Shown: piece by piece, positions 52,499 through 64,000 of the stretch
How positions within the stretch are numbered: the first letter of the stretch is position 1
Layout: each line of letters starts with the position of its first letter
Assembly (NCBI RefSeq): GCF_006345805.1
Contig: NC_043005.1
Location: 56,544,001 to 56,608,000, forward strand
DNA length: 64,000 nt
From: Octopus sinensis
Taxonomy: Eukaryota
Direction: 5' to 3'
Notes under the pieces: model-generated
Databases searched by the model: none
The model's input: only the letters and a program-made list of their open reading frames with translations
Told to the model about the DNA's origin: nothing
Position numbers and translations under genes: made by a program

Positions 52499-52733
52499 AT
52501 TTATTGTTTTTGACCTCTGTAAAATAAAAGGCAAACCCGTTCGTTGACGAGTGAAACTAAATTTGGTAACATATCTAATACTCCATTTTACCATTTCTGG
52601 TGTTCTACCACATTTATTCATATCTCTTACCCCGCTTTCTCTTTCTTTCAAGGTAACAATTCTTTAAAAAGAATAGTCTAACAACAGTTGGATACTGTTG
52701 TATTTGATAATCAACGAATTACCTTTAACTTGC

Positions 52734-52820
52734 TTTTGCAAGCATGAGAGACAACTCTGGACATGTTTCAGTCATATCAGACCTCTTCAACGAAACATTG
52801 CCTTCTCCGTAATTGCCAGA
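52734..52820 (-). CDS. Candidate 87-nt exon, SGNYGEGNVSLKRSDMTETCPELSLMLAK
   Basis: Acceptor TTGTTATCTTATCACTAG; only one frame is open; needs a GC donor AAA|GCAAGT to stay in phase 0 (the nearby AG|GTAATT donor would include a stop). Confidence 0.35.
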
Positions 52821-53411
52821 CTAGTGATAAGATAACAAGTAGACTGGTGTACAATAATGTACATTAATGAAATATCACCAGGTCTCTCAAATGAATATGA
52901 CTTGGTAACATGTGCCATACTTTCGTAAACTATTTTAGTTGCCTGTATAGCAGCGAACATAAACACCTACATACTCTCCAGCCTGGAACAGCAAGTGTGT
53001 AGCACTAGGCGCCGCTCAGTCCAAAAACGAATCCTTGATCTCATGACCGTGAGTCAAATACTCTAACCATTAAGCCATGCGCCCTCACTCATAGGCACCA
53101 AAAATTATTATAAGAAAAGAAAATTAACTAATAAAACCATACCGCACGAAAACAACATACTATATATAATGAAGACGTCCCGACAGCGAAAATGTATCTT
53201 AATTTTGACCAGAAAATCTCGAGAAAAAATGTTAAACATAAAAACAAGGCCTTCGTGTTTTTATATTATTTACCATGATGTTTTTCTAGTAGATTAACGA
53301 TGTATAGATCTTGTTCATTGCAGTTCAACAAAAAAGACCGGTAAAATAAGTACCAAACTTAAAAAGAAAAAGAAGTGCTTGGGGTCGATTTATTCAAATA
53401 AAACCTCTTAA

Positions 53412-54046
53412 CCCCTTACCCAACAATTATTTTGAAAATAAATGTATTTTTTCAGACATATTTTTTAATTGTTTTATTTTACTATGTTTGGAATGGTGAT
53501 TTCGAGGTATATTTCAAACCTTATTTATTATGAATTTTAATTCAATAATATTGATTTTAAATTACCGCTTTGGGCAGAAACGAGCTAACCCGTTTTTTTC
53601 ATAAATCATATTACTTTTACAAAAAATCATGTTATTTTATTTGGTTATCTTATTTTCCAAATTTAGAATGACTGATCAAAACAGGATTGTTTACTTCTGT
53701 TGATTTTATTACTTCAAAACTGTTAGTAATGACAAAAAAGAGAGACAAAATAAAGTGAAAACTTCTATTCATAAAATGTGCCTTCCAACCCTTCGACTGT
53801 CTCCAGGTGACTAAATCATACTCGGTCTTCAATGCCTTACTCAAGCGAAAGGTGGCAGAAATCGTCACTGCCAGACGTATAAAGTGAGCGAATATACTCG
53901 TATATGTCAAAAAAGAGTTTATAATAGACGAAGGAACTTGTTTGCTGTCGATTTTGGCGAGTCTATCTTTTGACGAGTTAACTCGCCAGAGATAGAAAAA
54001 ACGATTTCGGTCAAAACGCATATATTCGTTTCTGCCGGGTAAGGGG
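53412..54046. mobile_element. piggyBac-like non-autonomous element inserted into a SINE
   Basis: TTAA|CCCCTTACCC ... GGGTAAGGGG|TTAA; the flanks rejoin into the continuous SINE tail (...AAAACCTCTTAAGGCGGTGCCCCAG...). Confidence 0.85.
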
Positions 54047-55559
54047 TTAAGGCGGTGCCCCAGTATGGTCGTAGCCCAAAGATTGAGACAAGTAAAAAAA
54101 GATATTTCTCTTTCAGTTTTATTCAGAACGGAAGCCTTGTAAGTTTGGCCAGGCTAATCTTCATCAGCGTTTCAAATTGGTTTATGAAAATTGTCAGCTT
54201 CGTCCTTTACGAAGCACAATAAGCTTTCGAGATGTATTTTGGGGACGGAAGAAGAAAAAACAAACAGCGTCGTCAAGGTCGGGACATACGGCAATTAATA
54301 ATACTTATGCAGTAAGGAGACAACATTAGTGCAATGGTTTAATCATTAGTTCATGATGTCAATTGTTTCATTTGCAAAATATTTGAACAATTTAATTTTA
54401 TGACACCAACTCTTACAAAGTAATCTGAGTGTCTGTCTGTTTGTCCATCAGAGAGTATCTTAACGCGTAATATAGAGAAGAGTTAAATGGCAAGAAGGGA
54501 GAGAGAGGGTAGAGAGAAATGACAGCAACAGGCTATGAGAAGGTGGAGACGTACGAACAAGTACGAACGTGTTTTTATTTCACAGTGGTTGTCAAAAATT
54601 CTACGGTTAACCCCCGTACACTTCCTTAATCTAACTCTTGATAAAAAGAACTAAAGAAGAGAGAGTGTTTGTGTGTGTATGTGAGAGAGAGAGTGTGTTT
54701 GCGTGTGTGAGTGAGAGAGAGTGAGAGAGATGAACCATGTAATTCGTTTATAAAGGACGAGAATGCACACGGCTGGTGAAGCATGACGTATAATTACCAT
54801 AATACAGACAAAATAGATATATTGCCTTCATTTAGTACAGACGGCTGTTTTACTTCTTAAACTTTGGTTTGGTGGAGATTATAGCTGAATAAATTTGAGA
54901 TTCTTTGCTAAACATCAGGGGCCCCAACGACTGAACTGAGAACCAGTACCAGGCTGTGGATCATTTGAAACCAAACCACACAAAAAGAAATTTTAAAATA
55001 TTATTTCTATCTCAGTGACTATCGTAGTCTACAGGGTTTTTTTTTTACCTTATATGCATACACACATATTGATCAATACATGCATACACGCACTCGCAAA
55101 CACACACACACACACACACACACATTCACATCTATTATATAAAATCCGTTGTCTGTCTGTCTGTCTGTGTCTTCTAAGATCTCGGGCATCCTCCATCCGA
55201 TTGCGCTCAAATTTGATATGTAGATACCGACGGTATCAGGGCGTGTATAAGTCTTGAAAAAATTACAAAAATCGATTCCAGGTGAGAATGCGATCGATAA
55301 AGCCGTGGGAACGTGCATTTGTACGTGCAAGTACATCAGCTGTTGCGATCGATACTACGCGTACGCGAAAAAATGCACGGTGTCTCAAATTTAGGTTAAA
55401 TCAGTGTTTCTCAAAGGGGTGGCCTATGAGACGGTCGGACAATTGTTTAGAGAAAATTTGGTTTAAATGTTTGACAACTCAGCACCGTCCATTGGACGCG
55501 GGGTGCGTTTCGCTCGTACATATATATAATTAAATTATATATTATATACTTTATTGATT

Positions 55560-56025
55560 ACTTTGTCGACCTCAAAAGGATTGAAAGGCAAAGTCGACCT
55601 CGGCGAAATTTGAAATCAGAACGTAGAGCCAGGCGAAACGCCACTAAGCATTTTGTCCGGCGCGGTAACAAATCCTTTCTATCCAAGGTACAAGGCCTGA
55701 AATTTGGTTGTGAGGGGACAAGTCGATAACATCGACCCCAGCGTTCAGTTGGTACTTAATTAATCGACTCCGAAAGGATGAAAGACAAAGTCGACCTCGG
55801 CGGAATTTGAACTCGGAACGTCGCAATGGGTGAAATACCTATTTCTTTACTACCCATAAGGGGCTAAACACAGACAGGACAAACAAGTACAGACAAACAG
55901 ATTGAGTCGATTATATTGACCCCAGTGTTTCACTGGTGCTTAATTTATCGACCCCGAAAGGATGAAAGGCAACGTCGAACTTGGCGAAATTTGAACTCAG
56001 AACGTAGCGTCGGGCGAAATACAGC
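55560..56025 (-). mobile_element. SINE family B multimer
   Basis: Same junction GAAATACC|TATTTCTTTACTACCC near 55840. Confidence 0.82.
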
Positions 56026-56172
56026 TGTGCGTGTGTGTGTGCAATGAAAGTGGGATGGTGAGCACTCAACACTGAAAAGAAAAATCAAACAGCGTTTCAA
56101 TTCTGTTTCAATATATGTGTGTATGCGTGTGCGTGTACAAGAGAAGTATGTGAATGTTTGTGTGTGTGAACA

Positions 56173-56777
56173 AGCGTTCTTTCAGTAACGAGCGATGATC
56201 AGTGTCACATCTCAAAAGACAACCACTAGATAACATTGACAAGTGTAATAATTTGATTTACCATCCATATTCTGGCTGTTGTGTTACAAATAATTATTGC
56301 AATCACACACAGCTACACAAACATATACAAGCTCATTAGGGAAAATAATTATTGCCTGGGTGTATCAAGAATATAAAATGACTGTAGTTGAAAGATGTAT
56401 TATAAATACACATTTTAATTTAACTGTTTATACATGCCCTTAGTTTATTTATATTAAGAAATATTTACCCAGTGTTCTTTCAGTAACTATAGATAAACTA
56501 ACCAGCGTTATTTCAGTAATAAACGATGATGTTACATCTCAAAATTCAACCACTAGATAACAATAAGAAGTGTGTTAATTTGATTTACCATCTTTATCCT
56601 ATCTGTTGTGTTACAAATAATTATTACAATCACACATATCTACACAAACACATACGTATAAACTCATTAGAGAAAATAATTATTCAAGAATATAAAATGA
56701 CCGCAGTTGAAATGTATATTATAAATAACCATTTAGCAATTCATACATGTGCCTAATTCATTTATATTAAGAAATTT
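56173..56777. repeat. Diverged tandem duplication, period about 330 bp
   Basis: Shared blocks such as CAACCACTAGATAACA, AATTTGATTTACCATC, TGTTGTGTTACAAATAATTATT and CAAGAATATAAAATGAC. Confidence 0.85.
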
Positions 56778-58247
56778 GTGTAATAAATTTTGAATAAGGA
56801 GTTTTTACATCAACTATGTCACGGACTGCTTTTTGTGGCTTTAAGTCGTATGAGTTTAGGTTGGTTTCGGTAATGAAGACCGCAACTGAAAGGAAACGTC
56901 GCTTCGAAAAAGTCGGTATTTACTTGCCAGCTCCCATATTTAATCACGGCCAGCCTTAAGTCGTACAAGAAGGAAGGAAAACTTTAAAATTCTTTTAAAT
57001 GAAACAAGCTATCAAGGAATGTTATGTTGCGAATAGATTTTTCACAAAAAAAAAAAATTGGTAATAAAAGAATTATTAAACTAAAACCTTGGTTTTGTAC
57101 CTTATTTATATATAAAATACTACAATTAGCCGTCATTTTTGACGGCACTGGGCCAGCTAGTAATAATAATAATAATCAACGTCCGTGTTGATATGATTGT
57201 CATAAATGTTATCACGACAATGTTCGTGAAGTAGATACGCTGTCAACAGTAAGGTCACTCTTTCCAAAGTTCTTCCGCAATAAAGGTTTTCCATTCTAGA
57301 CATGGGGTAGTCAATAGAGGAAATACTGATCTCACTCAGTAATGGGATGTGCATCAACTACTTCATCACGTTTTAAGGGATCATCTATTACAAGTATGAG
57401 CAACGCTCTTCGAGAAGTGGGTCGTATGATTCATAACTCATCGTTATTTTTCAAAATAATTTTTCGTTAGGCGTACAGCGGTCGAAGAATGCCTATGACT
57501 GCTCTATTAGAAACAAAGGTATGGAATCGGGCTGGATTTGTTAATACGTTATGAATTCTTACTGCAGTGGCTCACTACTATAAGTTCAAATTTCGATAAC
57601 GAAAAATTTCTAACGCGCAACTTGTTAATAAGTTGTTGGATTGACATAGGGAGCTTCAGCATCACATAGCGCTTCAAGTGTTTCATTCCTGACTGAAACT
57701 AAACATATATGTAATACGATTATGATTAGAAATGTGGTACAGTTCCATATATTTTTTGTTTCGTGGATTTTCGTAATGTAAATGAAAGTAGAATGCTCAA
57801 AACAGTTCACATGTTTTGTGAGTCAGGTATACAAGTCAGTCACTTCTGATAAGAATAAAAACTATATATATGTATACACTTTTTTATCTAAGGGGAGGCA
57901 ATAGGAGCAACACCTACAGGAACACCACAAAATTCAAAGATAGACCAAACACATGCAAATCTTATATACTAGTTTATATCTATACAGTCCGACATATTAG
58001 AAATTTAAAAATTCAGTAATATATAAGTATCATATACAAATAAAAATATAAATATAAAAATAAATATTAAATATAAGTATAAATTTTGCATATAACATGC
58101 TTTAAACTGTTATGATAAGCGGAATAAATATAGTGATAATGAAATAAAAATATAGCATATCAAGACACTAGTAAAATTCCGGCGAATAGTACATAAAATA
58201 TAATACACATACAAGCTTACAAAAATATAAGATATACAGAAGTCCAT

Positions 58248-58328
58248 CATCTACGGGCCGTTTCGGGGATGTGCCAATCAATACTAGACATATCAGTACT
58301 TAAAATTGGCATTCCCCTCGTCAGGATG
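58248..58328 (-). ncRNA. Type I hammerhead ribozyme, canonical core
   Basis: CATC-CTGACGA-GGGGA...TCCCC-GAAA-CGG C CCG-TA-GATG: 4-bp stem I, G-C-closed stem II extended by TGCCAAT/ATTGGCA, near-palindromic stem III, GUA cleavage triplet. Confidence 0.88.
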
Positions 58329-58715
58329 TCCTATACAACACATATAAAACATGAACAAACACACAAATACACAGTCACATACCGGCCATTCTCAGAACAC
58401 GATATTTACGTACTCCCAGAAAAATTTTACGTCGATCCTGAATGGAACTTTATACGCAAACCATTCGATACAGTCGCCATAGGAAATTGTATGCACGCAG
58501 CGCCATCTGACCCGTTTCACTTCAGCACTTAATTTATTTTATTTTATTTTATTTTATTCCAATTTTATAAATTCTCCCATACATGCAAAGCCACATACTC
58601 AGGTTCGAGTCCTCGACTAACAGCTATTTTTCATATAATCACATTACTTTAGTTTTATCTCGTTTTCCACTCACTATAGTTACTAAACTTAATTCACTTG
58701 TTATTGGTTAGCTCT

Positions 58716-59486
58716 AACTTTTATTGCTATTTCTACTTCTAAATTTCCTAGCTATTTTTTTTTAATAATTACGTTACTATATATAGCTCTGTGTCTGCAA
58801 CAACACATCACCATTCTCAGAATTTGAAGAAGTTCTGTTGTGTAAAAAGATATTCTCTTCTTAATGAATTCATTTCTTCAAGAAATTAGAAGATATAGAG
58901 GAAATTATGAAACACAAACAAAAATTTCTGAAATGCCTCTGAAGCCTAATTGTACCCCAAGCCACATAACCTGAAAACGTGTAGCAATTGAAGATCTAAA
59001 CACTCTCTCTACAAGTTCGACTTCAAGAATGACGAACTTCTGACGGAATTCACGGCCATTCACTCATTCTACACACGAAAACATGACCTGACAGTCACCG
59101 TCAACTTTTATTGCTATTTCTACTTCTAAATTTCCTAGCTATTTTTTAATAATTACGTTACTATATATAGCTCTGTGTCTGCAACAACACATCACCATTC
59201 TCAGAATTTGAAGAAGTTCTGCTGTGTAAAAAGATATTCTCTTCTTAATGAATTCATTTCTTCAAGAAATTAGAAGATATAGAGGAAATTATGAAACACA
59301 AACAAAAGTTTCTAAAATGCCTCTGAAGCCTAATTGTACCCCAGGCCACATAACCTGGAAACGTGTAGCAATTGAAGATCCAAATACTCTCTCTACAAGT
59401 TCGACTTCAAGAATGACGAACTTCTGACGGAATTCACGGCCATTCACTCATTCTACACACAAAAACATGACCTGACAGTCACCGTC
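58716..59486. repeat. Near-identical tandem duplication (387 and 384 bp)
   Basis: Copies start AACTTTTATTGCTATTTC at 58716 and 59103; AACT microhomology at the junctions. Confidence 0.95.
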
Positions 59487-60553
59487 AACTATGTCAAGGA
59501 ATATGATACCCATTTTGTCTTTTCAGCTTTGTATAAGTTGCTTAAAATTTATGTAATACTTTCAATTACAAAAAAAAACAGAACAGCTATGAAAGGCTGT
59601 TAGTAAAGTATAAACTGCACAATCTGTGTAAATAAAAGCAAATCTCCGATCTCGTACTAATTAGCGTTCAATAAGACAACCCTGTTAAAAAAGAAGCATG
59701 CATTTTCAAGCTAATGGCCAACAAGAAGAATACTTCATAATTTGCGTTCGTGTCCTTATTCTTTAGTACGTATTTCTTTGAAAATGATTAAGAGTATTTT
59801 TTTTCTTTTGTTCTTTCCAGATAATGCGTTTGTTGATCAAGATAAAAATCAATGTAAATAAAATTGAATAATAATTCTAAATAAACTTTAATATTTCAAA
59901 ATATTCGACAACTTTTAAAAGTAATTCTTGCAATAGAAAAAACTCCTACAACAAATTTTCATTTATTTTTTTTTTTTAATCATTGTGTTATGTAAAAAAA
60001 ATTATGCATTGAATGGATTCGAAAATAGTTAACTCACATAGTTTAACATTTCTCTCTTTGTTTCTGCTGCAACCTTAATCGAAGACGGTTAGAATGCCCC
60101 ATGTCTCATCAAAAATGTCCACAGCATAGTCAACAGCAGTTACTAAACATCCAACTGCTAACAGTGGAAAAGTCTACTTCACCTTATGCGTTTAGAGAAT
60201 TAGCAAATGTGTCTATGATCACAATCTTTTTGGTTGACCCACCAAAAGATATATGAATAACCTAATAAAACACTCAACATTTTATCTTATTAAGAGTATA
60301 ATATAAATCATTAAATTATAAAATGTATTTCCTTTCAAAACGTTCTTCAGTTGAGTAGTGTTCTCTTTTTTTTTCTTTTTTGACATCATTTATTCTGTCA
60401 GCAATTGCATTGCGCTAATTGAAAATTTCATGATTCAATATCTATCATTCGAATGGGTAAAACAATAAGCAAAAAATAATATCTATAAATATATAAGTTT
60501 ATATGTGTGTGCGTGTATTATATACATATGTACACACACGCACACGCACGCAT

Positions 60554-60633
<80 letters not shown>

Positions 60634-61720
60634 TTAGAATAATAAGGGTGAAAAATTGAATATTAATCTGATTAATATCAATTTAAATCCAGTGGTTTAG
60701 CATATTAAAAAAGTCTGAAGATTCAGAAAAATTATATTACATATATATATATATATGTACATTGTAAAAGTTTTGAATTCGCAACATATATACCACCATA
60801 CTTACATGCATACTCGAGCGCGTTCATACACACACACATTCATATACATAATACACACATACATACATACATACATACATACATACATACATACATACAT
60901 ACATACATACATACATACATACATACATACATACACTGTTGTTGATGTTGAAATTCCAATGAAGGAGCTTTGGATCTAGGTTAGAAGCCGGTTCTTTCTC
61001 TATTAGCAAAAAATCTTGAAATACACTGAACAATGACATACATAATACATACATAAATACATACATATATACATACATACATACATACATACATACATAC
61101 ACGTATTTCACAATTTTTCCGCAGTAAACATGCAGTTCATCATTTCATTTTAATGACTCCGAAGAAGCTATATGACATCGCTCGAGCACGCACTTCAGAG
61201 TGCACGCTTTTAATAGCACAAACAACTATAAGCTACTGAAAGTGATTACATAACTCCTGTTGTTTAGTGATTCATAGATATATGTGGGTAGGTGTGTGTG
61301 TGTGTATGCGTGTGTGTATGTATGCATACATCGATTCTTCTGTGTATGTATATATACGTACATATCAATGGATCACGTGACCGACCAAACTATCCGATGT
61401 TATTACATATCGCTGGTCATAATGCGCTTCTTCATCGTTTTACCTTCGAATGACGCCACGCCGCTGGCTAGGTGAACAGGACAACATCCATCCCCCTCCA
61501 CGGTCGATAATGGAACTGGAGCAATGTGAAAGGAAGTGTTTCGCTCAAGAGCATAACGCGTCGTCCTATCTGAGAATCGAACCAACGATCTAGCGATCTT
61601 GATTGCAACAGCCTAACCACAAAGTCACGTGCCTTTATATGTACATACATATATATCTGCATAAATAGCTATATCTGTGAATGTATGTGTGTATGTGTGT
61701 GTTTGTGTGTATGTATGTAT

Positions 61721-61835
<115 letters not shown>

Positions 61836-62139
61836 TATATACATATGTGCACGTGTTTATATACGTATGGGTATATATATGTGGTGTGTGTGTGTGTGTG
61901 TGTATGTGTGTGTGCCCTCTTTTATCTTTTACTTGTTTCAGTCATTAGATTGTGGCCATGCTGGGGAAGTGTTTTAGTCGAATAAATCGACCCTAGTACT
62001 TATGTTTTGTTATGTCGGGTACTTATACTATCAGTTAATTTTGCCGAACCGTGGTTACGGGGACGTAAACACACCAACACCCGTTGTCATACAATGACGG
62101 GAGACAAACACAGACACGAAAACACACACACACACACAT

Positions 62140-62179
<40 letters not shown>

Positions 62180-62328
62180 AGTACTTGGCTTAAAAACAGA
62201 ATAAGTCTTGGGGTGGATTTCCTCGACTAAAAACCCTTTTTAAGGTGATGGTCCAGCATGACCGCAGCCAAATGACTGAAACAAGTAAAAGAGAAAAAAA
62301 AAAGAGTTTATACATACATATATATAAA

Positions 62329-62376
<48 letters not shown>

Positions 62377-62499
62377 CCCATTTATAATTTTCACCTTTAA
62401 AGGTGCCACGTTCGATGAAATTTTTTCTGAAAAACTTTTATCGTATATTAGTAGTTATATATATATATATATACATATGTATTCAGTGTAGCTAGAAAG

Positions 62500-62509
62500 A
62501 CAGACAGAC

Positions 62510-62578
<69 letters not shown>

Positions 62579-62583
62579 TATAA

Positions 62584-62622
<39 letters not shown>

Positions 62623-62627
62623 TATAA

Positions 62628-62701
<74 letters not shown>

Positions 62702-63201
62702 TGTATGTATGCATGTATGTATGAATGTATGTACGTATATATGTATGAATGAATGTATTGGCAGTGATTACACAGACAGACACCTAAGCATATAAACAAT
62801 AGAAGTGCTTACCTGATTGAGAAAATATTCATCGGAATATTGGTCTCACACTCCGTTTGTAGTTCTGTGGTTACACTTTATGTAAACAGTAGTACATGTA
62901 ATCATGTATGCGTACTTATATGTGTATGCATATGTGTGTATGTGTTCATGAGTATTTATGTGCTAATATGTGTATGTATGTATATATGTATGTATGTATT
63001 ATGCGTGTATATATGTGTATTTACACAATTCTGTAATATCTGTATATGTGCATTTGTTGTATAATATGAGAATGAATGTGCGTATATACGCGTTTCTGGC
63101 GTATTTTTTAATCGTTTCATATAAAGTAATCACGTCTAATTTGAATGCTTTTCTCTAAATATTATGCATGTATGTATGTTTACAAATATATATGTACTGA
63201 C

Positions 63202-63279
<78 letters not shown>

Positions 63280-63840
63280 ATAGATAAATAGGTAGGTAGG
63301 TAGGTAGGTAGGTAGGTAGGTATGTAGGTAGGTAGGTAGGTAGGTAGGTAGGTAGGTATGTAGGTAGGTATGTAGGTAGGTAGGTAGGTAGGTAGATAGG
63401 TAGGTAGGTTGGTGTGTAAGCGTATGTGTGTATGTATGTATTTATGCGTGTATTATGTACATAAGTACGTAAAATGCTTAGAGTTAATTTCCTACTTTGC
63501 TGTCAGTGAGTTGTAAGTTAGTAAGCATATGATAATAGAAATATTGAGTCGTAGAAAGTAACAGACTGGCCAAATTGTTGAGAGAGGGGGTAGGGGGAGG
63601 GAGATGTGGATGGGGGGAGATGTGGAGGGGCAGGGGAGAGGCGGGGGAGGGAAGTGTGTTTGTGTGAGTGAATGAGTGAGTGAGTGAGTGAGTGAGTGAG
63701 TGAGTGAGTGAGTGAGTGAATCAGTGAGTGAGTGAGTGAATTAGTGAGTGAGTGAGTGAGTGAGTGAGTGAGTGAGTGAGTGAGTGAGTGAGTGAGTGAG
63801 TGAATCAGTGAGTGAGTGAGTGAGTGAGTGAGTGAGTGAA
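62500..63840. repeat. Tetranucleotide arrays: (GATA)n 62500-62700 and 63200-63290, (GGTA)n 63290-63410, (GAGT)n 63665-63840; (GATA)n also at 13395-13540 and 16605-16690
   Basis: Seen directly. Confidence 0.97.
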
Positions 63841-64000
63841 GGAGAAAAGAAGAAAGAGATGAAGGGAAAAGATTTTAGGGAGAGTGACAAAGAGAGAGTT
63901 GAGGTAGAATTGTTATTGAGCGAGAGTGAAACGAGCAGAATCTATCTACAAGTGTTAAAAAACAAAAATCTATAGGTCGGTGCTGTCTAAGCCGGAACTG

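Larger units (their letters stand above)
55131..57160 (+). mobile_element. Possible composite Helitron-like element containing SINE insertions
   Basis: A|TCTATTATATAAAATCCGTTGTCTGTCTG start; GCCGTCATTTTTGACGGC hairpin then CTAG|T at 57157-57161. That both ends belong to one element is uncertain. Confidence 0.45.

Noticed and set aside
63586-63651. G-quadruplex-forming G tracts
   Set aside because: This is a simple purine-rich low-complexity stretch next to (GAGT)n, with no functional context.

Overview
Repeat-dense, AT-rich eukaryotic genomic DNA, almost certainly intronic/intergenic. The SINE families and extreme microsatellite load suggest an octopus (coleoid cephalopod) genome; that is inference. 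Nearly all long ORFs in the supplied track are microsatellite or satellite artefacts. Supported content: a near-full-length but inactivated Tc1/mariner (10286-11576), a second decayed mariner, MITEs (mariner, Tc1, piggyBac-like), non-autonomous Helitron-like elements, and relics of RTE, CR1, Tx1/L1 and Penelope (GIY-YIG) retroelements. There are also many tRNA-derived SINEs, a dispersed 5S rRNA copy, a 1.6-kb 16-bp CpG-rich satellite, several local tandem duplications, and a few candidate micro-exons of a minus-strand gene with very large introns. The main hidden signal is a set of about nine type I hammerhead-ribozyme-like motifs on both strands, from several unrelated short repeat families, several of them lying between (TA)n tracts. 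One is fully canonical (58248-58328, minus) and one lies inside a perfect 64-bp-arm palindrome (11829-11959). All structure calls were made by eye; no folding, alignment or database search was run.
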